Part shown: positions 9,321 to 18,117 of the stretch, piece by piece
Layout of the letters: each line of letters starts with the position of its first letter
How positions within the stretch are numbered: position 1 is the stretch's first letter
Origin: Steroidobacteraceae bacterium
Lineage (GTDB): Bacteria > Pseudomonadota > Gammaproteobacteria > Steroidobacterales > Steroidobacteraceae
Assembly: GCA_036498445.1 (NCBI GenBank)
Contig: DASYFL010000064.1
Location: 36,565 to 60,564, forward strand
Direction: 5' to 3'
DNA: 24,000 bases
The notes under the pieces: generated by a model
The model's input: the letters and a program-made list of their open reading frames with translations, nothing else
What the model was told of the DNA's origin: nothing
The model's database searches: none
Program-made: the position numbers and the translations under genes

Positions 9321-9833
9321 TCAGCGTTTCGATAGGGCGAAGACGTCCTTGACACGCGCGGAGAGCGCATTCAGGAACGGCCGCCCGTTGAGCTCCGGTT
9401 GCTCCTGGCGCAGGTCCTTCGCGTAGAGCAGTGCGTACTCCGTACGCGCATGGTCCGACCCGAACCAGCGATTCTCGCTCTGCCACGTGTCAAAGCCAGG
9501 CGTCCTGGCAAGCTCGGTGGTGCTGGGGGAAGCCGCCGCGGGTTGGGCGCTGGCGAGCTCATACCGGAGCAGCTCGTTGTGGAGCCTCAGATTCTCAACC
9601 TGCGCGCGTTGCAGGGCGATTTGCTGATCATGTGCCTGCTGCTCGAGGTGCATACGGTAACGGTCAGCGAGACACAGCTGGCGGCCGTCGCCATAGATGG
9701 TGTCGCAGCTGTTCGCATCGCGTGGCGCCCAAGTCCCGAGGCGCTCTGCCGGTACGCTCTGCGCCGGGCTTTCCTGTGCCAGAGCACTGCCCGCGACGCT
9801 CATGAGAACAACTATAGAGGCGATGGTTTTCAT
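9321..9833 (-). CDS. Secreted protein of unknown function with a central coiled coil
   Basis: Track ORF 9321..9851. ATG 9833 lies 5 nt after GGAGG and gives the signal peptide MKTIASIVVLMSVAGSALAQE. The protein has a Cys pair (NSCDTIYGDGRQLC), a Q/L-rich heptad-like stretch and a W/F-rich C-terminal domain. I recognise no family. Confidence 0.55.
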   Translation of the reverse strand: MKTIASIVVLMSVAGSALAQESPAQSVPAERLGTWAPRDANSCDTIYGDGRQLCLADRYRMHLEQQAHDQQIALQRAQVENLRLHNELLRYELASAQPAAASPSTTELARTPGFDTWQSENRWFGSDHARTEYALLYAKDLRQEQPELNGRPFLNALSARVKDVFALSKR

Positions 9834-9950
9834 ACCGACCTCCGGCCGCACCGGGTGAAGACTTCACAGCATCATAGGACTGCGGCAGCGGCCTTGGCGA
9901 GGCTTGGGGGAAAACACCTAGCCGGACGCGCGGCGGGCTACATCAGTCCG

Positions 9951-10313
9951 CTACTTGATCGGGTTCAACGACTGGGCAGGGGTGTGAGCGTCCGGCAACG
10001 CCTGATCAAGGTTCACGCCGCAATAGGGACAGTAATTGATCTTTGGACCCGAGCCCCAGCTGAACGCGATCGGCATAGCCACGGTCCGCCCGAGCTTCGC
10101 TGTGCACTTAGGGCACCGCACGGTCCACTGCAGTGCGATGATCGCTCCGCCAAACATCACAAAGCCGATAACCGGAAGCGCGATCCGCACGAGCCCATCA
10201 GGGAGGTTCTTCGCGATCGCCCCACCGAGGGGAATCATGAGCCAGCCGCCCAAGGCAACGGCCGCACACCACCAGACCCGATGCTTGATGTACTGACGGA
10301 TGCTGCCGTTCAT
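9951..10313 (-). CDS. Small membrane protein with a C-terminal zinc-ribbon (CPKC...CPYC)
   Basis: Track ORF 9951..10322 starts at TTG; the first ATG is at 10313. There are two predicted TM helices (VWWCAAVALGGWLMIPLGGAI; IALPVIGFVMFGGAIIAL), then RCPKCTAKLG...YCPYCGVNL. Confidence 0.5.
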   Translation of the reverse strand: MNGSIRQYIKHRVWWCAAVALGGWLMIPLGGAIAKNLPDGLVRIALPVIGFVMFGGAIIALQWTVRCPKCTAKLGRTVAMPIAFSWGSGPKINYCPYCGVNLDQALPDAHTPAQSLNPIK

Positions 10314-10376
10314 GCGGCGCAATGCTACTGCGCGGGCTCCGGGGAGGTTGCGTCGAGCATCACGGTTTGATGACGG

Positions 10377-11702
10377 TCACAGGGAACGCAAGAACTCGAG
10401 CAAGGCTTCCTGGTCCTGCTTGGAGAGGCGGTCGAACTTCTTGCTCTCATCCTGTGCTTCACCTCGGTGGCGCAGGATGGCATCGCGCAAGCTGAGCGCG
10501 GCGCCGTCGTGCATCAGCCGCGGCCGTAGCCGTAGGCCCCATAAGGGGGCGGTGCGCATCTTGTTCTGAGTGCTCTCGAGGTGCTGCTTGGCAAGATAAT
10601 CCGCCATCTGCTGAAAGACGGCACGACCGTAGTGCTCCGGATTCACCTGCAGGATTCCATCACCCGTGCCGACATCGTGCAGCAGGAAGTCGCCGTAGGG
10701 GTGGAAGGTAATTGAGCCGAGCGCCGGTGGAACTGTGAACGTGCCCCCATCGAGCCTTGTTCCGGCAGCCGCCGTCTTCAACGAGCGCGCGTGGCACACC
10801 GCACACCCCACCTTGTCGAACAGTTCGGAACCTTTCTTCGCCGCCGCCGTGAGCGCGAGCTCCTGGTCCCGGGGAGGTGCCTTGAGCGCGCGGACGAAGC
10901 GGGTCAATCGGTCGATATCGAATAAGCCGTCCGGACCGCGAGTATCGTTCGGCTCGGGTGCGGTATTGCAGAGCCTGGTTACCTCGTCCGGTTGCAGTGG
11001 ATTAGTAACCCCGATCTCGTTCAAGTAAGCATCGGCGATGAAGGACAACAGGCTTGCATGCTGGTTCTTCCAGCCGAACCGACCGGCTGCCATCTGTCCC
11101 GGCGCCTCGACGATTGGCACCTGTACCACCTGGCCACAGATCCTCCCGCGCGTGGACTTGCATTGCTGCTTGGCGAGGTCGGTGAGCGTCTGATCGGGGA
11201 GCGCTTCGATGAATCCGTCGCCGAATAGAGATACGGACATGCGGATGGAACGGACCGTCTCGGTGTCGGGCACACGCTCCTGAATTTCCGCGCTGGGAAA
11301 CGCCGCGTTGGGACAGATGGCACGCTCGTTTACCAGCGATCGGCCAGTAATCACCTCGCGGCCGTGAGCGATCGGAATCCGCGCGTTTTGGAAGTGGCCA
11401 TCGCGATCCAGGTGACCCACGCGAATCTCGGACACCTGGCTTGCTCCACCGGAAACCGGAGCCTGATGGCACTCGCGGCAGGACTGCGCGTTGTAGAGTG
11501 GTCCAAGGCCGTCCGGGATCTGCTCTACGGTATCGAATTTCGCGAGGTCCGATTGATGCGCCGCCTCGTCCGCGACGCCATTACTCCGGTCGTCGAATCC
11601 CGTTGGCGCCTCGATAACCGGCGTCGGCGCGGGAGCGGGCGCCGCCACGGCTGCATTGGCGACGAGGAGCGACAGCATCAGCCCAGAGATCGCTGCGTTC
11701 AT
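10377..11702 (-). CDS. Di-haem oxidoreductase (DUF1111 family), periplasmic
   Basis: Track ORF 10377..11723 starts at GTG. ATG 11702 lies 6 nt after GGGAG and gives the signal peptide MNAAISGLMLSLLVANAAVA. Two CxxCH motifs are present (SCRECHQAPVSGG and GCAVCHARSL), and the DUF1111-like tail reads RTAPLWGLRLRPRLMHDG. Confidence 0.8.
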   Translation of the reverse strand: MNAAISGLMLSLLVANAAVAAPAPAPTPVIEAPTGFDDRSNGVADEAAHQSDLAKFDTVEQIPDGLGPLYNAQSCRECHQAPVSGGASQVSEIRVGHLDRDGHFQNARIPIAHGREVITGRSLVNERAICPNAAFPSAEIQERVPDTETVRSIRMSVSLFGDGFIEALPDQTLTDLAKQQCKSTRGRICGQVVQVPIVEAPGQMAAGRFGWKNQHASLLSFIADAYLNEIGVTNPLQPDEVTRLCNTAPEPNDTRGPDGLFDIDRLTRFVRALKAPPRDQELALTAAAKKGSELFDKVGCAVCHARSLKTAAAGTRLDGGTFTVPPALGSITFHPYGDFLLHDVGTGDGILQVNPEHYGRAVFQQMADYLAKQHLESTQNKMRTAPLWGLRLRPRLMHDGAALSLRDAILRHRGEAQDESKKFDRLSKQDQEALLEFLRSL

Positions 11703-11998
11703 AGCATTCTCCCACCGGGTCACGAAGGAGAGGCTGCCGGGACCCTACACGCCGAGACCGCTAAAGGCCGGCGAGCCATGCCAGAAAGGCCCTTATTATA
11801 CGCCGAAGCACTGGGTCTCTGATCCAGCACGGCCCGCCACTCGGGAGAGCGGGTGTAGCATACCCGTGACGGCCAAATAAACGAGAACCGATTCGCGCAG
11901 CCTCGAAGAACTGCGGCCGCACATTAATGGCCGGAAGCGATGCTGACGAGTGACGAGGTACGGGCGCGCCTACTGGGGCACGCGAGGAGGGGTTGCCT

Positions 11999-13699
11999 AT
12001 GACAGGTACTGTCTGGAGGGTAGGTGCCGGTGCACTGTTGGCGTCTCTTACAGCGATCGCGCAGTCCGCGGCGCCGGATCATTCCAAGCAGATGGATCGG
12101 GATCTGTTGGAAGTTACCATTCCGCAGCTGCAGCGCTATTACGCGCAACACCGTTACACCATAGCGCAAGTGGTCGACTGGCATCTCGACCGCATCCAGC
12201 GTTACAACGGCATCTATCGGGCGGTGGAGCAGGTGTTTGCGGAAGATGCTCGTGCCACTGCGGCGCGCGAGGACGGCGATAAAGCCGCCGCACATGGCCC
12301 CCTGTGGGGCGTGCCGATCGTTATCAAAGGCAACACCAGCATCGAACGGAAAGTGACCACGGACGGCTGGGAGGGCTTCACGATCCCGGGGCACGAGCTG
12401 GTCGCGCCGCGCGATGCGACCGTGGTGGCGAAGCTCCGCGCAGCCGGTGCGATCATTCTCGGTCACACCAACATGCCGGATTTCGCCAATTCCGACACCA
12501 ACCGCAGCAGCTCCTTCGGCCGTACCGGCAACGCCTATGATGTGCGCTTTTCACCGGGCGGCTCCTCGGGCGGCACGGTGACGGCGGTCACGGCCAACAT
12601 GGCGGTGCTCGGCACGGGCACCGACACCGGCAATTCCATCCGCATGCCCGCAGCGACGAGCGGGTTGATCGGAGTGTTTCCGACCCGAGGTCTGGTGAGC
12701 ATTGCCGGGATCGCGCCTCTCGATTGGCTGCTGGACAATACCGGTCCCATCGCCCGTACAGTCACCGATGCGGCTGTCGCCTTGTCTGTGATGGCGGGGG
12801 AGGATGAGCTCGATCCGATGACGCTCGGTTCGGCGGCGAAGGCCCAACCTGGACCGTATACGCAGTACCTGAAGCCGGACGCGCTCCGGGGCCGGCGCTT
12901 CGGGGTGCCCGCCTTCATCCTGCAGGGTGTCGGCATCCCGTTTCGCGGTACGCCGGCCACTGTCTCGCTCCGCGCCGCGCAGCGACAGGCCGAGACGGAA
13001 GCCGTCGAGCTCGATCCGCGTACGCGGACGCTGTTCATGAAAGCGCTGGAGGAGCTGCGCGCGCTCGGCGCGACCATCGTAATGGACGACTCAGTGCTTC
13101 CCGAGAGCTTTGCCCACGCTGCCGCACGGATCAGCACCTACGCCTACGCGCGTGACGGCACGGACCGGTTTCTCAAGAACTTCGGCCCGGCGGCCTATCG
13201 ATCAGCAGCGGACTACGAACGCGTGATCGGCGCTCCGCTCGGGGCTCCGATGATCGGCACCGAGCCGACCAAGAGCCAGATCGGTGAGGTCACGATCAAG
13301 CAGCGCCTGCTCGAGAGTGATCCTGATGCGGAGGCGAACTACCGGGCACCGCGTCGGCGCGCACTCGGTGAGTACCTCGAGACCATGGATCGACTGCACC
13401 TTGATGGTTATGTGTACCCGGCCATTCAAATGCCACCGGTCGATGAGACGATGGCGCAGGATGGGCGACTGAGCGAAGGCCCCCACTCGGCGACCAGTTG
13501 GGTCAACATGCTGGGCGTTCCCGCGGTGGTGGTAGTCGGTGGTGTTTACGACAGCGGTCTACCGTTTGGGCTCGAGATCGCGGCGCGCCCGTTTACCGAT
13601 GGCGCTCTGCTCGGCTACGCCTATGCATTCGAGCAGGGCACAAATCATCGCCACCCGCCGGCATTGGTCGAGGCAGGCCTGCTCCCGGAAGCGCGCTGA
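11999..13699 (+). CDS. Amidase-signature (AS) family amidase, secreted
   Basis: ATG 11999 follows GAGGAGG (the track ORF begins at TTG 11993). Signal peptide is MTGTVWRVGAGALLASLTAIAQS. AS motifs are GVPIVIKGN and SPGGSSGGTVTAVTANMAVLGTGTDTGNSIRMPA. Confidence 0.85.
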   Translation: MTGTVWRVGAGALLASLTAIAQSAAPDHSKQMDRDLLEVTIPQLQRYYAQHRYTIAQVVDWHLDRIQRYNGIYRAVEQVFAEDARATAAREDGDKAAAHGPLWGVPIVIKGNTSIERKVTTDGWEGFTIPGHELVAPRDATVVAKLRAAGAIILGHTNMPDFANSDTNRSSSFGRTGNAYDVRFSPGGSSGGTVTAVTANMAVLGTGTDTGNSIRMPAATSGLIGVFPTRGLVSIAGIAPLDWLLDNTGPIARTVTDAAVALSVMAGEDELDPMTLGSAAKAQPGPYTQYLKPDALRGRRFGVPAFILQGVGIPFRGTPATVSLRAAQRQAETEAVELDPRTRTLFMKALEELRALGATIVMDDSVLPESFAHAAARISTYAYARDGTDRFLKNFGPAAYRSAADYERVIGAPLGAPMIGTEPTKSQIGEVTIKQRLLESDPDAEANYRAPRRRALGEYLETMDRLHLDGYVYPAIQMPPVDETMAQDGRLSEGPHSATSWVNMLGVPAVVVVGGVYDSGLPFGLEIAARPFTDGALLGYAYAFEQGTNHRHPPALVEAGLLPEAR

Positions 13700-13761
13700 C
13701 ATGTAACGCGGTCGAATGCCTCATCGGCACGAGGGGCGCGGTGCAGCCGGGCTTCGCCAAC

Positions 13762-14376
13762 CTAGAAACGCGCGACCACGCCTACGCTCACCTCGCCCTG
13801 TGCGACCAGGCTGCCATGGAAGCTTACGCTACAGCCGCCACCGCAGCTCGCCGCGCCACCTCCGCTGCCACTGAAGGTCAATAGTGCGCGCAGGTCACCG
13901 CGCACACCGATGTGTTCGGTCGCCATCCACTCGAGGCCGCCTCCGAGACCGATGCTCGGTCGCGTAGCACTGCTGTCGCGGGCAGTAAGTTGCGTCGCCC
14001 CGACCGTGCCGATCAGCAGCCAGGAAAGCTGCTGATCGGCGGACGGCAACGTATCGACCAGTCCGAGGTGGAATACGCTCATGGTGACATCACCCGCCGT
14101 CGAACCGGAAAGCTTCGTCGGCTGACGGCTGTAATAGATCTCAACCGATCGTGGTGGTGCGAACGGGATGTCGATTACGCCCCCGTAGCTGACCGAGGAG
14201 TCGATGGTGACAGAGGTGGGACCGGTGACCCCATTGCCCGGCTGAGTTCCAACGTCGCCGCCGAATCGGAGGCCGACGAAGGGCACAACATCCGTGGCAT
14301 GTGCGGGTAGGGCAGAGCCAATGAGTACGACGCTGCTCGTCGCATAGACCCGCAGCCAATCTGTGCATTTGCGCAT
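13762..14376 (-). CDS. Small outer-membrane beta-barrel protein
   Basis: Internal ATG 14376 of track ORF 13762..14547, with AGGAGG upstream. Signal peptide is MRKCTDWLRVYATSSVVLIGSALPAHA. The sequence has alternating beta-strand patterning and the C-terminal ...VGVVARF (terminal Phe) typical of OMPs. Confidence 0.7.
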   Translation of the reverse strand: MRKCTDWLRVYATSSVVLIGSALPAHATDVVPFVGLRFGGDVGTQPGNGVTGPTSVTIDSSVSYGGVIDIPFAPPRSVEIYYSRQPTKLSGSTAGDVTMSVFHLGLVDTLPSADQQLSWLLIGTVGATQLTARDSSATRPSIGLGGGLEWMATEHIGVRGDLRALLTFSGSGGGAASCGGGCSVSFHGSLVAQGEVSVGVVARF

Positions 14377-14517
14377 GAGACCTCCTGGTCGCCTGCCGGC
14401 AATGTACAGGAACGGGCGCGTGGGGTCGCCGGCTCTGGGAATATTGCGGATCTTGGACAAATCGGTAGCGAAGCGCGATCTTACGCCCTGAGCTCTCGAT
14501 GCTTCTCGGTGCACGCC

Positions 14518-14534
14518 TCGAGTGAGTAACTCGA
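14518..14534. promoter_or_regulatory. Perfect 6-bp inverted repeat TCGAGT-gagta-ACTCGA, 29 nt upstream of the monooxygenase ATG
   Basis: Read directly from the divergent intergenic region between the OMP (start 14376) and the monooxygenase (start 14563). It could be an operator or a leader hairpin. No regulator gene is adjacent. Confidence 0.2.
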
Positions 14535-14562
14535 CGTTTCCGTGCAAGCCAGGAATCGCGCG

Positions 14563-15768
14563 ATGGAAGAGGTAGTAATCGTCGGTGGTGGGCCAGTCGG
14601 CTTCATCACTGCTCTCGGTCTGGCGCAGACCGGAGTTCGCGTGACCCTCATCGAAGCCGAATCGCGAATCAGCGATTCGCCGCGCGCGGCAGTGTATTTT
14701 TGGTCCCTCCTCGAGGGGCTTGGGCGCCTCGGAATACTCCAGCAGGCCGAGGCCGCCGGCGTGTGCAAGCAGGACTATACGTATCTCGTACGACGCACCG
14801 GCGAGCGCATCGAATATTCGATGGAGATGCTAACTGGATATACCCCGCATCCCTACAACCTGCATCTGAGCCAGGATCGTCTGGCCGATATTGCGATGCG
14901 CAGGCTGCAAGCGTTGTCGAATGCGACTGTCCGGTTCGGCGCTCGACTCGAGAAGCTTCAGCAGGATGCTGAAGGGGTGACACTAATCGTAGTGACCGAG
15001 CGCGAAACGGAGGAGCTGCGCGCCAGGTGGGTCATTGGTGCCGACGGTGCCGGGAGCACGGTGCGCCGACTGCTCGGCCTTTCGTTCGATGGTACAACGT
15101 GGCCGGAACGGTTCGTGGCCACCAACGTCTATTGCGACTTCGAGCGTTACGGCTACGCGCGCGCGACCTTCGTGATCGATGCGTGTTTCGGCGCCGTCAT
15201 CGCCGTCCTGAATAATGCAGGCCTCTGGCGCTGCACCTACATGGAGGACGCGACATTGCCCGAGGAGACATTCCTCGAGCGGCTACCACAGGTCTACCAG
15301 ACCATCCTGCCCGAGCAGAGCTCCTATCTCCTCGAGCGGGCATCCCCATATCGTATGCACCAGCGCTCGGCTCACCGGTATCGTGTCGGCCGCGTCGTGC
15401 TCGCAGGCGATGCAGCACATGTCACCAATCCGACCGGGGGCCTCGGCCTCACCTCCGGTTTGCTCGATAGCTACGCGCTCTATCCTGCGCTCGCCGCGGT
15501 GGTTTTGGACGGAGCGGATGATGAGGTCCTGGATCGCTACTCGAGGGCACGCCGGGACGTGTTCGTCAACCGTGTATCGCCGCAAGCGACTGCCAATAAG
15601 CGGCTGGTTTTCCACGCGAACGGTGGCGGGCGAGAGCTCGAGGAGGCGCTTAAGAGCTTGCGCCGGCTCGCCACCGATGCGGAATTCCGCTGGCAGCGTC
15701 TGATGTTCACGAGGTCTCTGGAAACACCGCCGCTACTCGGGGCGCCCGAGTCTGGGTTTGCGGTTTGA
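14563..15768 (+). CDS. FAD-dependent aromatic-ring-type monooxygenase (PheA/UbiH-like)
   Basis: ATG 14563 lies within track ORF 14542..15768. The Rossmann motif is VIVGGGPVGFITALGLAQTGVRVTLIE. Other family motifs are WVIGADGAGSTVR and VVLAGDAAHVTNPTGGLGLTSGLLD. Confidence 0.85.
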   Translation: MEEVVIVGGGPVGFITALGLAQTGVRVTLIEAESRISDSPRAAVYFWSLLEGLGRLGILQQAEAAGVCKQDYTYLVRRTGERIEYSMEMLTGYTPHPYNLHLSQDRLADIAMRRLQALSNATVRFGARLEKLQQDAEGVTLIVVTERETEELRARWVIGADGAGSTVRRLLGLSFDGTTWPERFVATNVYCDFERYGYARATFVIDACFGAVIAVLNNAGLWRCTYMEDATLPEETFLERLPQVYQTILPEQSSYLLERASPYRMHQRSAHRYRVGRVVLAGDAAHVTNPTGGLGLTSGLLDSYALYPALAAVVLDGADDEVLDRYSRARRDVFVNRVSPQATANKRLVFHANGGGRELEEALKSLRRLATDAEFRWQRLMFTRSLETPPLLGAPESGFAV

Positions 15769-15784
15769 TGCCTGGAGATGCTGG

Positions 15785-17023
15785 GTGGCGAGCAGCCGCA
15801 AAACTGAAGCACTGATCGTCGGCGGGCGCGAAGTGGCGATCTCGAATCCGGACAAACTGCTGTTTCCGAGGCCAAAGCACACCAAGCTCGATCTGGTGCG
15901 CTACTACCTGGCTGTATCGGATGGAGCGCTTCGTGGAGCTGGCGGCCGCCCCAACATGCTCGTTCGCTATCCCAACGGGATCGACGGCGAGCACTTCTAC
16001 CAGAAGCGAGCCCCGGCAGGGCGCCCGCTGTGGATCGAGGTGGTGAAGCTGGCCTTTCCCTCGGGCCGCGTTGCCGAGGAGGTCGTGCCGCGCGACGCCG
16101 CATCGCTCGCCTGGCTTGCAAACCTGGGCTGCCTGGAGCTGCACCCGCACCCGGTACGGGCGGACGATCTGGAGCATCCCGACGAACTGCGCATTGACCT
16201 CGACCCGGTGCCAGGAGTCTCGTGGAAGCAGGTACAGGAGGTCACCGAGGTGGCTCGCGCTGTCCTGCAAGACGTCGACCTCGTCGGCTGGCCGAAGACC
16301 TCGGGTGGACGTGGCATGCACATCTGCGTGCGCCTCGAAAGACGCTGGGGGTTCGACGAGGTTCGGCGGGGTGCGCTCGCGCTAGCCCGGGAAATCGAGC
16401 AGCGCGCCCCGAAACTTGCGACCAGCAAGTGGTGGAAGGAGGAACGCCACGGTGTGTTCGTCGATTACAACCAGAACGCCAAGGACCGTACGGTCGCATC
16501 TGCGTACTCGGTGCGGCCGACCCCCGAGGCGCGGGTGTCGGCTCCGCTCACCTGGGATGAAGTGTCGGAGTGCCAGCCGGCGGACTTTACGTTGGCTTCC
16601 ATGCCGCGGCGCTTCGGCGAACGTGGCGACCTGCATGCAGGGATTGACCAGAGCGCCGGCTCGCTCCGCGGACTGCTCGAGCTCTTTGAGCGTCAGGGTC
16701 TGGGCGATGCACCCTGGCCGCCGCATTACGGAAGGCAGCCGGCGGAGCCTCCGCGGGTCCAGCCGTCGAGGCGCAAGCGCCCGCTCGTCGAGATTGGGCG
16801 CGCTCGCCGGCAAGCGGACGCCGTCGCTGGCCTTGAGCGCTGGAAAGCGCGCCACCCGCACGCGGCGGCCCATCTTGAGCCGGCGGACGTACTGATCGAC
16901 GTCATGCGCGGGCGCTACAGCACGTGGACGCGGATCCGGGTCAACCTGCAGCACGTACCGAAGGAGCTGCGGCCGGGTCAGGAGGCGCTCGACCCCGATG
17001 AGAAAATGCTTTCGAGCTCGTAA
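15785..17023 (+). CDS. AEP-type primase-polymerase (LigD polymerase-domain / Prim-Pol-like), stand-alone, with a C-terminal extension
   Basis: Track ORF 15758..17023 starts at TTG. GTG 15785 lies 6 nt after GGAGA and avoids overlap with the upstream gene. Motifs are ISNPDKLLFP, RYPNGIDGEHFYQKRAP, DELRIDLDP (catalytic DxD), KTSGGRGMHI and VFVDYNQNAKDRTVASAYSVRP. Confidence 0.8.
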   Translation: MASSRKTEALIVGGREVAISNPDKLLFPRPKHTKLDLVRYYLAVSDGALRGAGGRPNMLVRYPNGIDGEHFYQKRAPAGRPLWIEVVKLAFPSGRVAEEVVPRDAASLAWLANLGCLELHPHPVRADDLEHPDELRIDLDPVPGVSWKQVQEVTEVARAVLQDVDLVGWPKTSGGRGMHICVRLERRWGFDEVRRGALALAREIEQRAPKLATSKWWKEERHGVFVDYNQNAKDRTVASAYSVRPTPEARVSAPLTWDEVSECQPADFTLASMPRRFGERGDLHAGIDQSAGSLRGLLELFERQGLGDAPWPPHYGRQPAEPPRVQPSRRKRPLVEIGRARRQADAVAGLERWKARHPHAAAHLEPADVLIDVMRGRYSTWTRIRVNLQHVPKELRPGQEALDPDEKMLSSS

Positions 17024-18117
17024 GGCTTCGTGACTTCCAGCTGGTCGTAGCGACAGTCCTGCGGCCGCTTGTCCGGCCGCCAGCGAAGGAAGAACGCCGC
17101 GTGGCGGAAGCGATCGCCCTGCATGTGGTCGTACTTCACCTCGCATACCCGCTCGATCCTGAGCGGTTCCCACGCGAGGTTCTTGCCTGCGCTCCAGCGG
17201 CTCTGCGCCCCCGGCATGCGGCTGGATTCGGCACCCGCGCCCGCCCACTCGCGCCAAGGGTGGTCACGCATTGCGTCGCGCCGAAGTGGCGCCAGCTCTT
17301 TCACGAGCTCCCGCCGCATCGCGGTCGTGAAAGCTGAGGTGACGCCGACATGCTGCAGTACCCCCTGTGTGTCGTACAGGCCGAGCAACAGCGAGCCGAT
17401 GGAATCCTTGCCGCTCTTGTGCCAGCGGAATCCGGCCACCACACAGTCGGCTGTCCGTGCATGCTTCACCTTGATCATTGCACGCTTGCCTGGCGCATAC
17501 GTTCCCGATGCGAGTTTGGCGACCACACCATCGAGACCCGCGCCTTCGAAGCGTGTCAGCCAGTCGAGTGCAAGCGCTCGGTCGCGCGTGGCGGGAGTGA
17601 GGTAGAGCGGCGGTCGAACCGCCGCAAGTAACTCCTCGAGAGCAGCACGCCGCGCCGCTTGACTCGCGGGGATGAGATTGCGTTCTGCGATTGCAAGGAG
17701 ATCGAAAGCCACGAATGACGACGGTGTCAGTTTCGCAAGCTTCTCGACGCGAGATGCCGCGGGATGCAGCCGCAGCTGAAGCGCATCGAAATTGAGTCCC
17801 TGTGCGGTCGCGATCACGATCTCACCGTCGAGCACCGTGTTTGCCGGCATACGCTCGAGCAAAGCCTCGTGCAGTTCCGGGAAATAGCGATCGAGCGGTC
17901 GCACGTCGCGGCTTTGGATATACAGCCCGTCGGCGCTGCGGAAAACGATCGCTCGAAAACCGTCCCACTTCGGTTCATACAGAAAATCACCGATCGGCAG
18001 ATCGTCGGCGAGCTTGGCGAGCATCGGCTCGACAGGCGGTCTCACCACAAGGCCCGAGGAATTTCTCGAAAACTCCGTGGCCTGTGAGCTTCCATCGAGT
18101 TCGTGTGAGGTCACCAA
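16978..18117 (-). CDS. ATP-dependent DNA ligase (stand-alone LigC/LigD-ligase-domain type)
   Basis: 379-aa ORF. The adenylation motif KxDG occurs in LYEPKWDGFRAIVF. Other ligase strings are PVEPMLAKLADDLP, LDGEIVI, GLDGVVAK and an OB-fold tail ending CRYDQLEV. The start is uncertain (TTG 18117 or GTG 18114). Confidence 0.85.
   Translation of the reverse strand: MVTSHELDGSSQATEFSRNSSGLVVRPPVEPMLAKLADDLPIGDFLYEPKWDGFRAIVFRSADGLYIQSRDVRPLDRYFPELHEALLERMPANTVLDGEIVIATAQGLNFDALQLRLHPAASRVEKLAKLTPSSFVAFDLLAIAERNLIPASQAARRAALEELLAAVRPPLYLTPATRDRALALDWLTRFEGAGLDGVVAKLASGTYAPGKRAMIKVKHARTADCVVAGFRWHKSGKDSIGSLLLGLYDTQGVLQHVGVTSAFTTAMRRELVKELAPLRRDAMRDHPWREWAGAGAESSRMPGAQSRWSAGKNLAWEPLRIERVCEVKYDHMQGDRFRHAAFFLRWRPDKRPQDCRYDQLEVTKPYELESIFSSGSSAS

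Noticed and set aside
8163-9486. Long ORFs 8163..8897 (+, 244 aa) and 8404..9486 (-, 360 aa) overlapping the FrhB-like gene
   Set aside because: These are typical high-G+C shadow ORFs, Arg/Ala/Pro/Gly-rich with no motifs. The FrhB-like frame carries the family motifs and a proper start.
15537-17257. Minus-strand ORFs 15537..16121, 15707..16321, 15997..16428 and 16382..17257 overlapping the Prim-Pol gene
   Set aside because: These are antisense shadow frames with extreme Arg/Pro/Ser content. The plus-strand frame carries all the AEP motifs.
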